Positions 49,365-58,422 of a stretch of 64,000 nucleotides of DNA are shown here, in pieces (the first letter of the stretch is position 1; each line of letters begins with the position of its first letter). Below the pieces are notes generated by a model. It worked only from the letters and a program-made list of their open reading frames with translations, made no database searches and had not been told where the DNA came from. The stretch comes from an uncultured Bacteroidia bacterium (GTDB lineage Bacteria; Bacteroidota; Bacteroidia; Bacteroidales; UBA932): positions 37,391 through 101,390 of the forward strand of contig CACYHF010000006.1 in assembly GCA_902774155.1 (NCBI GenBank), written 5' to 3'. The position numbers and the translations under genes were made by a program.

Positions 49365-51101
49365 TTGCCGCCGTTCCGTAATTCTCATATCATTCGCCAT
49401 ACGCTAAGGCATTACTTGGTGGCGGCCATTTTTGCCGGCATCATTATCCAGCTGAACAGCACCATAGACAGTATGGTTGCCGGGCAGTTTATTGGGGCCG
49501 ATGCTGTTTCGGTCATCATTCTGGCCCTGCCGCTGGTGAACATCCTTATGCTTCCCGGCACCATTCTCCTGATGGGAGCAACACTTTTGATTGCTCCGGC
49601 TTTCGGAAACCAGGATTACACCCGTGTGAACCGAATTCTCACGGTGGGATTGGCATCGGCCCTGGTGGTGAGCGGAATCTTTACGGTCGTCCTGGCCGTT
49701 TATGCGGGGCCGGTATCCCTTTTCATAACCACGGATGAGCGCTTGCAGCCCATGCTGCAGGATTATCTTCCTTTTGCTTTTGTGGGAAGCTTCTTCGGCC
49801 TTTTTGCCTGCGCTGGCAGCCAGTTTGTTCAGATTAGTGGCCGTCCACGGCTGGTTGCTTGGTTTGTGGGAATCTTCGGGGTCTTAAACCTGGCCTTGGA
49901 TATTCTCTTTGTACGCGTAATGGGAATGGGCATCCGGGGAGCGGCTGCGGGCACTTCCGCTGCAGCAGTTCTGGGCTTTCTGGTGATGGTGCCGTATCTG
50001 CTGCGGGAGCCTCGTCCTTATCGTTTATGTTGGCCGGAATGGTCCAGTGCCGGCAAGTATTTCCGGGAAATCCTGTCCCGGGGAACCCCAGCCGCCATGA
50101 CGGGCGTTTCCATGATCATCCTTAATTTGGGACTCAATACCCTGGTTCTGAATAGACTGGGGGCCGACGGCATGTTCACGCTGAGTATCTGCATGCAACT
50201 ACTGATGATCTGTATGCTGGTGCTCACGGCAACGGGAGGTACCATAACGGGGCTGGGGGGCATCCTTTCCGGAGAGGAGGACTGGGATGGCGTAGGCCGG
50301 CTCATCTCTCTCATCCTGAGGTTGTCGCTGGGGCTGGCGCTTGTTGCATCCGTTTTGCTTCTGGCTTTCCCTGCCCGGGCGGCTTCGCTTTTCGGGGCCG
50401 ATGCAACCCTGGCGCAGCTATCGGCTTTGCCGCTCCGGATTTTCAGCGGAGTCTTCCTTCCTGCTACGGTGCTAATGACGCAGGCCAGCGCCTTCCTGCT
50501 GGTTAAGCGGGGGCGCCTGGCTGCCCTGCTGCAGGCGGGCATCGTAATCTGTACTCTGCCGCTGGCTCTGGCCTTTTCCCGCTGGAACCTGTGGGTGGCC
50601 CTGCCGCTGGGAATGTTGCTCCCCATGCTGGGGGGACTGGCGGCATCGGCCCTTATCTCCCATAAGGAAGGGATGTTGCATCCAGTCTGGCTTATCCCCG
50701 TGGGAGATACTCGGCATTCTTTTACCGTAAGTGTGGCCTATTCTCAGGAAAGCGTCTCTAAGCAGTTTCTCCTTCTTTGTAAGAGACTGGATGCTATGCG
50801 GCTTTCTCCAACTGAGAATACGGCTGTAACTCATTGCGTAGAAGAAATGATGCTGCACCAGTTGGAGATGGGGCAGGAATGCGGGCTGAAGAGAAGCTTT
50901 GATGTGGGAATCGTGGACGGAGACCAGCGTTTTACCATCCTGGTCAAAGCGGCTGGAAAGGCCTTCAATCCTTTGCACGTATATGGAAAGGACTCTCCGG
51001 ATGCGTTGAGCCTCCGTATTGTTGAGGGCTTTTGCCGGGATGTGAACTACCGCTATGCCAGCGGAGTCAATTGCGTCTACCTGAATTTCGACAAAGAATA
51101 A
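49365..51101 (+). CDS. MATE transporter fused to a degenerate C-terminal HATPase_c/RsbW-like domain
   Basis: MATE TMs (MGIRGAAAGTS) followed by a soluble tail HCVEEMM...AGKAFNPL...LRIVEGF...VNYRYASGVN; start uncertain (TTG). Confidence 0.75.
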   Translation: MPPFRNSHIIRHTLRHYLVAAIFAGIIIQLNSTIDSMVAGQFIGADAVSVIILALPLVNILMLPGTILLMGATLLIAPAFGNQDYTRVNRILTVGLASALVVSGIFTVVLAVYAGPVSLFITTDERLQPMLQDYLPFAFVGSFFGLFACAGSQFVQISGRPRLVAWFVGIFGVLNLALDILFVRVMGMGIRGAAAGTSAAAVLGFLVMVPYLLREPRPYRLCWPEWSSAGKYFREILSRGTPAAMTGVSMIILNLGLNTLVLNRLGADGMFTLSICMQLLMICMLVLTATGGTITGLGGILSGEEDWDGVGRLISLILRLSLGLALVASVLLLAFPARAASLFGADATLAQLSALPLRIFSGVFLPATVLMTQASAFLLVKRGRLAALLQAGIVICTLPLALAFSRWNLWVALPLGMLLPMLGGLAASALISHKEGMLHPVWLIPVGDTRHSFTVSVAYSQESVSKQFLLLCKRLDAMRLSPTENTAVTHCVEEMMLHQLEMGQECGLKRSFDVGIVDGDQRFTILVKAAGKAFNPLHVYGKDSPDALSLRIVEGFCRDVNYRYASGVNCVYLNFDKE

Positions 51102-51102
51102 G

Positions 51103-52476
51103 CTACCCTATAAATTCCAGGATGGCGGGGAGGTCGCAGACAGGGAAAGCCTTCTGTTCGCCGGACACCAAATTCTTGATATTCACCGTTTTGGCTTCCA
51201 TTTCATTGCTGCCGTTGATGGAGATGAACGGAATGGCCTTCCTGTCGGCGTAGTCGAACTGCTTCTTGAGCTTGGTGGCTTCCGGATATACTTCCACCGA
51301 CACGCCGGCTTCGCGGAGCGCCTTGGCGATGGGAAGCACATAACGGAGTTCATAGGCTCCCATAACGGCGAAGAGCAGGGTGGTGGACTGTTCCAGGCTG
51401 GCGGGGAAGAGATCCAGGCCGGTGAGGACGTCGTAGATGCGGTCGGCGCCGAAGGAGATGCCCACACCGGAAAGATCCGGAAGGCCGAAGATGCCGGTGA
51501 GGTTGTCGTAGCGGCCGCCACCGCAGATGCTGCCAATCTCCCAGTCCAGCGCCTTCACCTCGAAGATGGCGCCGGTGTAATAGTTGAGACCGCGGGCCAG
51601 GGACAGATCCATCTCTACGGGGGCCGATATGCCGGCTGCGGCCATCAGGCCGAAGAGTTCTTCCAGTTCGTCCAGGCCCTTCAGGCCGATTTCAGACACT
51701 ACGCCCGAGGCGCTTCCGCCGTTAAACAGCGAGCGCATAGCGGAGAGTTTCTCCTCGAGGGAGCCCTGCAGGGACAGAATCTGCTCGATGACGGCTATGC
51801 CTTCGGCCGCCAGCCCTTTATCGGCCATCTCTTCCTTCACCTTTTCCAGGCCGATTTTATCCAGTTTATCGATGGCCACGGTGATGTCCACCACCTTGTC
51901 CGGGGCGCCGGCAATTTCGGCGAACCCTGTGAGCACCTTGCGGTTGTTGATGTGGATGCCCACACGCACGCCCAGTTTGCCGAAAACGGCGTCCACCATC
52001 TGCACCAGCTCCAGTTCATTGACCTGGGAGCGGGAGCCGATGACATCTACGTCGCACTGGTAAAACTCGCGGTAGCGGCCCTTTTGGGGACGGTCGGCCC
52101 GCCAGACGGGCTGGATCTGGAAACGCTTGAAAGGGAAGGAGATATCGTTCTGGTGCTGCACCACATAGCGGGCGAAAGGCACGGTGAGGTCATAGCGAAG
52201 GCCTTTCTCGCAAATCTGGGATACCAGGGGTTTATCGGCATCCACGCCGGCCATAAAGTCGCCCGAGTTCAGGATGCGGAACAGAAGTTTGTCGCCTTCT
52301 TCGCCATATTTGCCCAGCAGGGTGGAAAGGTTCTCCAGGGCCGGCGTCTCTATTTGCTGATAGCCGTAGGTACGGAAAACGCTGCGGATGGTGTCGAATA
52401 TATAGTTGCGGCGGGCCATTTCCTTCTGGCCGAAGTCGCGCGTGCCTTTCGGGATACTGGGCTTCTGGATGGACAT
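51103..52476 (-). CDS. hisS: Histidine--tRNA ligase
   Basis: [33 protein letters not shown]. Confidence 0.97.
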   Translation of the reverse strand: MSIQKPSIPKGTRDFGQKEMARRNYIFDTIRSVFRTYGYQQIETPALENLSTLLGKYGEEGDKLLFRILNSGDFMAGVDADKPLVSQICEKGLRYDLTVPFARYVVQHQNDISFPFKRFQIQPVWRADRPQKGRYREFYQCDVDVIGSRSQVNELELVQMVDAVFGKLGVRVGIHINNRKVLTGFAEIAGAPDKVVDITVAIDKLDKIGLEKVKEEMADKGLAAEGIAVIEQILSLQGSLEEKLSAMRSLFNGGSASGVVSEIGLKGLDELEELFGLMAAAGISAPVEMDLSLARGLNYYTGAIFEVKALDWEIGSICGGGRYDNLTGIFGLPDLSGVGISFGADRIYDVLTGLDLFPASLEQSTTLLFAVMGAYELRYVLPIAKALREAGVSVEVYPEATKLKKQFDYADRKAIPFISINGSNEMEAKTVNIKNLVSGEQKAFPVCDLPAILEFIG

Positions 52477-52529
52477 AAAGCAAATTTTTTACAAAAATAA
52501 GAAAAAATGCTTATATTTGTTGTCCCATT

Positions 52530-52605
52530 GCGAGATTAGCTCAGTTGGTAGAGCGTTGGCTTCCCAAGCCGAAGGTCGCGAGTTCGAGCCTCGTATCTCG
52601 CTCCA
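52530..52605 (+). tRNA. tRNA-Gly (CCC), CCA encoded
   Basis: GCGAGAT/ATCTCGC acceptor stem, TT-CCC-AA anticodon loop, TATATTTG promoter at 52512-52519. Confidence 0.97.
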
Positions 52606-52703
52606 ATTATTCTACTCCGTCTACTTAGACGGAATCAGACTCCTTATCAGGAAAATGGTCTGATGAAAGTAGTGATCCCAAGTATTAGCTAGGCAGATTG
52701 CCC

Positions 52704-53579
52704 CTATTCAGATTGCTCGTAATAATAAGAGTAGTCAATGCCTTTCATGAAGGTTTCGCGGTCATCAATCTTGTTGGTAAGAGCGTCCGAGAGGAGCGCC
52801 TTAATGGGTACCGGATCAACCACACTGCGACGCATCGCTTCCAGATAGGAGTTCTTGTCTATCCGGCTCCAGTCAACACATTTCTTGAGTGAACGGCGAA
52901 GCATCAGGTCTAGCCAAATGCGTGTGCTGCGCCCGTTGCCTTCCATAAATGGATGGGCAACATTCATCTCCACGTACTTGTCTGCTATCTCATCGAAAGT
53001 TGTTTCCGGCATCTTCTCGATGCTCGGAAGAATCGTAGGGAAGTGCAGGGCGTTAGCGAAAGTAAAACCTCCTTTACTGATATTCTTGGTGCGGATCTGA
53101 CCGGCAAAGTCATACAAACCGCCGAAGATATAGGCGTGAATCTGCTGAAGACACTTGACGGTACCAGGTTCCAGAGAGTCAAGTAGTCCGCTTTCAAACA
53201 GGTCATACGCCTTCTTTTTGCTCTGCCCATCAATAGTATTGTCGCTGTAAGTGAACCAATCCAGGAAAACATTCGCCCGATTGGCCGGATAGTGCTTGGC
53301 CAGCGTCTGGACACACTCTGTGTCCAGTGCATCAGAAGCCCGCTGCTTCCCGTCTGGAGCCTCGAACTTGAAGTCGTGAGTGACACTCACGAGTTGCACG
53401 CCCTCCCCGGTGAGCTTCCGCTTGAGCCAGCGCCAATAGTTGCTGGCCTTCACATAATCTTCTTCATCATTGATGGCGCGGATAATGTCTATGGCCGAGA
53501 ACCACCATTTGGAATGATCTTCATCCCAAACAGCACGGACCTCACGATCGTTATAGAAGCGTATGGATTTCTTAGGCAT
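52704..53579 (-). CDS. Class III-type Fic protein with a Bro-N-like N-terminal domain
   Basis: [12 protein letters not shown] Fic motif; C-terminal SYYYEQ inhibitory-type motif; N-terminal EVRAVWD...WWFSAIDII. Confidence 0.88.
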   Translation of the reverse strand: MPKKSIRFYNDREVRAVWDEDHSKWWFSAIDIIRAINDEEDYVKASNYWRWLKRKLTGEGVQLVSVTHDFKFEAPDGKQRASDALDTECVQTLAKHYPANRANVFLDWFTYSDNTIDGQSKKKAYDLFESGLLDSLEPGTVKCLQQIHAYIFGGLYDFAGQIRTKNISKGGFTFANALHFPTILPSIEKMPETTFDEIADKYVEMNVAHPFMEGNGRSTRIWLDLMLRRSLKKCVDWSRIDKNSYLEAMRRSVVDPVPIKALLSDALTNKIDDRETFMKGIDYSYYYEQSE

Positions 53580-53645
53580 ATAATTCAAGATGTTATTTAA
53601 TTCAAATTGAACATGTTGTGGACTGTCATATGCGGATCAGGAGAA

Positions 53646-54083
53646 TCATTGATTATATGGATGAAGAACCGCGGTAATTGATATTACAACGAGCTTTTCG
53701 CTACAGCGTGTCAATGCCACGTAAAAATGCCTGGGGGCGTCGAATTTCTGAGCATTCAAGATAACGACGTTATCAAATTCGAGCCCTTTTGTCAAAAGCG
53801 TGGTGCCAATACTTTTCTGCATAACCTTCCTTCCTTTTCTGCGTAAAACATTCCTATCCGGCTCTTCCTTGGGGGCCGATGACGTCTTTGCAGCCATCCG
53901 CGAACGGCTTGCAACGCTGAATTTTACTTCTTGCGCTGGAACTGCCCGTATTTCCGCTTCATCGGCCAAATCAAAGGAGACCTGCCGACAATGCATGGAT
54001 ATAGGAGACCACCCCGGAAACAGATACGCGCGTATCTCCGGAGTCAAGGCGTCCAGCAGTGCTCGCTGTTTTCTTGCATTCAT
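53646..54083 (-). pseudogene. Chimeric ORF ending in a UvrD-like (GajB-type) helicase C-terminus
   Basis: Tail GTTLLTKGLEFDNVVIL...FYVALTRCSEKLVVIS; no Walker A; N-terminal 75 aa are unrelated and appear more GC-rich. Confidence 0.65.
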
Positions 54084-54366
54084 GGTACTAAGATAGCGAT
54101 TTTTTCTAAATTGCCAGCCCGGTTCGCGCTTGCGCCGGGCTTTGGCACAAAATGTATCATCCTGATTATCATTTACTTATGAAACAGTGCTAATCCCGTA
54201 CCTCGTTTTTTGGAGGGGGGCGGGATTTCTTGTTTTTGTAAGTATCTGATAATGATGTGTTTATGAAAAACATGAATCCCGCGGAATACTTTTTCCTCTC
54301 CCCGATGCAAGATTTGAAGGATTGAGGTGTTTTAAGGATAGACACGGATTATGATAGGGTAAAAAT

Positions 54367-55599
54367 ATGAATCGTTTTGGACTATTGGCTGCTATGGCCG
54401 TTTTATTGACAGGGAGTCTGTCTTGTGGGAAGTTGAATGGTGACGATCCCAAGAACAACCCTTACAAGCGCCTGGACTTGACCACCAAATCGGTAGAATT
54501 CGTCCAAAAGGGCAATACCTTTGCCTTTGATTTCATTGACCGGATTAACTCGTTGGAAGAGGGCGACTTCTTTATCTCTCCGTTAAGTATGCAGTTACTG
54601 CTAGGGATGATTTTGGACGGTGCCCAGAACGGGACTGCCGATGAAATCTGCAAGGTGTTGGGCTACGGCGCAGGAGAAGTGAACGCCGTGAACGAGTACA
54701 GCCTGTCCATGCTGGAGCAGCTACCTTCACTTGACAAAAAGACCAAGCTCTCTATTGCCAATGCCATTTTCGCGAACAAACAGTATTCCTTGAAGGACGA
54801 CTACAAGAGTACAGTGGGGAAGTATTACCAGGCCGAGGTTGCCAATCTCGATTTCTCTAACGAGGCAGCCTCTTTAAAAGCCATCAACGGCTGGTGCGAT
54901 AAACAGACCAATGGGATGATTCCTAAGGTTTTAGACAAAGTATCCCCGGGTACGCTTGCCTACCTGCTCAATGCCATGTATTTCAAAAGTGAATGGAAAG
55001 AGAAATTCTCCAAAAACAATACTGTTAACGAAGTCTTCACGACTGAAGACGGGGGCACTAAAAAGGTGCCGATGATGAAGAACAATGAGCACTTCCAGTA
55101 CCAGGATAATGATGATTTCCGGGTAGTAAACCTTCCGTATGGCAATGGGGCTTTCAGCATGCTCGTTATCCTCCCTCAGACCGGGAAAACCCTTGCCGAT
55201 GTTTCATCAGCCCTCAAGAGCTCCGATTGGACTGAATTCCGGCAGAGTATGGTCCGCTGCGACGTGAACCTTTGGCTGCCCAAGTTCGAGACCAAATACT
55301 CTATAAAGCTTAACGATATCCTTTCCGATATGGGAATGCCCTCTTCCTTCAGTCCTATTGATGCCGATTTCAAAGCCATGTCGGATATGGCCCTGTGTCT
55401 GAGTTTCGTCAAGCAGGATGCCGTTATCAAGGTGGATGAAGAGGGAACGGAGGCAGCCGCGGTTTCAGTCGTCGGAATGGACGCTGCCGCCGCCCCCGGT
55501 GAGCACATCGTTTTCCACGCCGACCATCCCTTCCTCTACCTGATTACGGAATCAAGTACCGGCGCCATCCTCTTTGCCGGGAAATACAGCGGAAAATAA
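54367..55599 (+). CDS. Serpin (lipoprotein serine-protease inhibitor)
   Basis: LSC lipobox, FISPLS, NAMYFKSEW, LPKFE, VDEEGTEAAA hinge, FHADHPFLYLI. Confidence 0.93.
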   Translation: MNRFGLLAAMAVLLTGSLSCGKLNGDDPKNNPYKRLDLTTKSVEFVQKGNTFAFDFIDRINSLEEGDFFISPLSMQLLLGMILDGAQNGTADEICKVLGYGAGEVNAVNEYSLSMLEQLPSLDKKTKLSIANAIFANKQYSLKDDYKSTVGKYYQAEVANLDFSNEAASLKAINGWCDKQTNGMIPKVLDKVSPGTLAYLLNAMYFKSEWKEKFSKNNTVNEVFTTEDGGTKKVPMMKNNEHFQYQDNDDFRVVNLPYGNGAFSMLVILPQTGKTLADVSSALKSSDWTEFRQSMVRCDVNLWLPKFETKYSIKLNDILSDMGMPSSFSPIDADFKAMSDMALCLSFVKQDAVIKVDEEGTEAAAVSVVGMDAAAAPGEHIVFHADHPFLYLITESSTGAILFAGKYSGK

Positions 55600-55608
55600 T
55601 AAAGACGC

Positions 55609-56979
55609 TTAATCCGATGCCGGTACCGAAAGGAAATAGATCCAGTAGGTATCGGCATATTTCTTTTGTACCTCGGCTGGCGACAGGCGGGAGGCGGCGC
55701 TCTGGAAGTCCGCGTAGCGCCGGCGAGTGGCTTCACTGACGGGCAGCGGGGGATTGCCGCCTAATAGAAGCGCCTCTTCATAGTAGCGTGGAAGGGTGGG
55801 ATAGCGATCCTGGACGCTGAGCAGCAGCGACTGGAAGCGGTCCAGTTTGCGCTGCAGGAGCAGCGTGCACAAGATCCGGTCCACGGCGGCAGGGGAGCGC
55901 ATCCCATTGGATTCCAGCAATAGCAGATTGTACAAGGGGTCGTGGGAGATGAGGGGCACCGTTTTCCGGAATCCCACGCTGTCGGGCGCATGCGGCGTCC
56001 CTTGCTCCATGAGCGCGTTAAAGTGACTCACATACTGCCCGTGCAGGGTGCTCCGGGACAGGATGGTGCCGAACTTTCGAGCTAAGGCGTAATTCCCCAT
56101 CTGGTAGTTATCGGCCAGCAAATGCCTCAGTACCAGGAAGCTGAGCCCGTGGTCCTGGAGGGTGGCCAACTGCGCAAAGTTATGGATGGCTTCGTTGGGG
56201 CAGTGCAGGGTCTCGTAGAGCATGGCCTTGAAAAAGAGCACCGTTTCGTTGTCTTCCAGCTGGTTGAAATCGAAATCGGCCTGCTCGTGGAGGGGGTATA
56301 GGAAGAGGCGGTTGGCCAGCTGGCCTTTTTCGCCGAGTGCCAGGCCGGCGAAGGGCAGCAGGCTGCGGTCCAGGGCAGTTTCGGCCGGGGTGGCGATAGC
56401 CAGGACGCGGTCCCAGTCGTAATTGGCCACAGCCACACGCAGTTCCGCCGTCTTTTCCGTTTCCCGAAGCTTGGGATTCAGGCCGATAAACAGGCAAACG
56501 CCAGCCGTAAGGAAGAGAGCCCCGCCCAGTTCCCATGCCAAGGGAAGGCTTTTAGCTTTCTTCCGTTGCAGCAGCCGGGACAAAGCCCAGACGGCCAAGA
56601 GGATCAAAAGGACAAAGACGCCCCGCCGTGCAGTAGGCGCCATAGCAATCACCACCCACAACCCGCAGGCGCAGGCGGCGGCCAGGACATCCCAGCCCAA
56701 TCCCAGCCGCGAAAAAATGCTTCGCGTGAGGAAATAGGCCAGCACCACACCCAGAGACACAATGAGCGGCGCATATACGCTGAAACGGAAGAACTGAGTG
56801 AGGAAATCGCCGATAACCCCGGAAATCGGGAGCGAGCCCCTGAACATGGAGGAGAAATAGTCCCCGGTGTTAAGGAACAAACCTGTATACTCCTGGTAGA
56901 TAAATGTATAACGCTGCAGCAGCCAGGTACACAGGAAGGACCCGGCAAAGAGAATCAGGGGAGCGAAGAACTTTTTCAT
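55609..56979 (-). CDS. DUF6057-like membrane protein
   Basis: YQEYTGLFL, GDFLTQFF, TM N-half and TPR-like C-half, YWIYF; standard partner of the adjacent TolB-like gene. Confidence 0.65.
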   Translation of the reverse strand: MKKFFAPLILFAGSFLCTWLLQRYTFIYQEYTGLFLNTGDYFSSMFRGSLPISGVIGDFLTQFFRFSVYAPLIVSLGVVLAYFLTRSIFSRLGLGWDVLAAACACGLWVVIAMAPTARRGVFVLLILLAVWALSRLLQRKKAKSLPLAWELGGALFLTAGVCLFIGLNPKLRETEKTAELRVAVANYDWDRVLAIATPAETALDRSLLPFAGLALGEKGQLANRLFLYPLHEQADFDFNQLEDNETVLFFKAMLYETLHCPNEAIHNFAQLATLQDHGLSFLVLRHLLADNYQMGNYALARKFGTILSRSTLHGQYVSHFNALMEQGTPHAPDSVGFRKTVPLISHDPLYNLLLLESNGMRSPAAVDRILCTLLLQRKLDRFQSLLLSVQDRYPTLPRYYEEALLLGGNPPLPVSEATRRRYADFQSAASRLSPAEVQKKYADTYWIYFLSVPASD

Positions 56980-58328
56980 AGGCCGAAGAGTTTACTGACG
57001 GCAGGGGAAAGTTCACCGGGATCGCCCTGTACGAATTCCGGAATGTTGTAGGATTTGAGCCGCAGCGTGTTGTGCTCCGGGTGCTTCTGGGGTAACAGGA
57101 AAGGCTTGGTGAAATGGCCTTCCCCGTCGAAGTGGGAGAGGAACAGGCGGGTATAGCGTCCGTCCAGGCGGCGGCTGGAGAAAATGACCCAGCGTCCGTT
57201 GCCGGACCAGGAATGATAGCTGTCGGTGTCTTCGCTGCAAAGTTCGTCCACGCGCCGAAGGGCGCCGCTTTCCAGATCCATCAGCCACAGATCGGCCTCC
57301 TGGTGCCAGATAGGGAAGGTTCCATAGGCCGATGCCGTGAACAGCAGCCACTTACCATAAATACGGGGGAAGGAAACCGACAGGCTGTCGCTGGCAAAAA
57401 CGGTCCAGGGTTCGCCTTGGAAAGCACCGTCCTGGAAGCGGATGGCCTTGAGTGCATACCGAATCTGCGCACGGTTGGGGCCGATATCGGATATCTGAGG
57501 GGCACTGCAATAATAAAGGATCTCTCCGTCCGGTGACCAGGCCGGGAAGGTCTCCATCTCCTCCTCGTTGAACAGGGTCGGATGCGTGGTGATGGCGTCT
57601 GTCTGCAGGTCCATCAGCATAAGGTCGGAGAAGTGGTCGAACACTTCCACCGGCTGGGAACCCCGGATAGGAAAACTCTGCTGGGTGGAATTGGAGGAAA
57701 ACGCCACATATCGGCCGGAAGGATGCCAGGCGGGATAGGTGCCCTGCCGCTTGAGCCCCACGGTGGCCAGGTTCAGGATGCGCAGGGAATCGCCGTTACG
57801 GAATACGGTGCCGCCGCCTTTCCCGCGGGCATGGAACAGCATCCGGGAAGGATCCCCGCCGGGGAAGGTGTGGCAGTTGACGCAGCCTCCGCCCACGGCA
57901 TCGTTGCGCACTATAGCTTTTTCTTTGTATGATGCCAGTTCGCGGGAGTAGAGCCCCATGTCTTTCCATCCCTCGTAATTGGGCTCGATAAGCCGATAGG
58001 CGATATAAGGTTCAATGGCGTCTTCGGAGATATAAACCTTGAAGGGCGCATAGGCCGTTCCTACGGAACTTCCTTTTGCCCAGGCTTTTACAGAATATAA
58101 CAGCGTGTTTCCCTCTTGCTTTACGGTATAGGACATTTCCCGTCCGTCGGCCATCTCAAAGGAAAGGAGGCCGGCCATGGAAGAGGGAACCGTGACTTCC
58201 GTATAGTCCGGGAAGATTTCCGGGAGGGCGTCGCTCTCCTGGAAATGGACCTGGCTGCAACTGCCCGCAAGGACCGCCGTGACGGCCATACCCGCGAGCG
58301 CAGAGAATAACAGCTTGAATCTAAACAT
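56976..58328 (-). CDS. TolB-like / PD40 beta-propeller lipoprotein
   Basis: AGSC lipobox, PEIFPDY, CVNCH, YPAWHPSG, FPAWSPDG, DSYHSWSGNG. Confidence 0.75.
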   Translation of the reverse strand: MFRFKLLFSALAGMAVTAVLAGSCSQVHFQESDALPEIFPDYTEVTVPSSMAGLLSFEMADGREMSYTVKQEGNTLLYSVKAWAKGSSVGTAYAPFKVYISEDAIEPYIAYRLIEPNYEGWKDMGLYSRELASYKEKAIVRNDAVGGGCVNCHTFPGGDPSRMLFHARGKGGGTVFRNGDSLRILNLATVGLKRQGTYPAWHPSGRYVAFSSNSTQQSFPIRGSQPVEVFDHFSDLMLMDLQTDAITTHPTLFNEEEMETFPAWSPDGEILYYCSAPQISDIGPNRAQIRYALKAIRFQDGAFQGEPWTVFASDSLSVSFPRIYGKWLLFTASAYGTFPIWHQEADLWLMDLESGALRRVDELCSEDTDSYHSWSGNGRWVIFSSRRLDGRYTRLFLSHFDGEGHFTKPFLLPQKHPEHNTLRLKSYNIPEFVQGDPGELSPAVSKLFGL

Positions 58329-58422
58329 GCTGCGAAGGTAAAAAATTACCCACTGGAATCCAATTTTTTCAACAAAATATGGTTATCTTTGTAATCTTGA
58401 AACAAGATTAGAAGCCTGTACC

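Noticed and set aside
52616-52664. Two small hairpins after tRNA-Gly as a novel ncRNA
   Set aside because: They are adequately explained as terminators for the tRNA and the convergent fic gene.
52590-54400. attL/attR direct repeat of the tRNA-Gly 3' end
   Set aside because: No second copy of TATCTCGCTCCA was found and there is no integrase, so no intact element is called.
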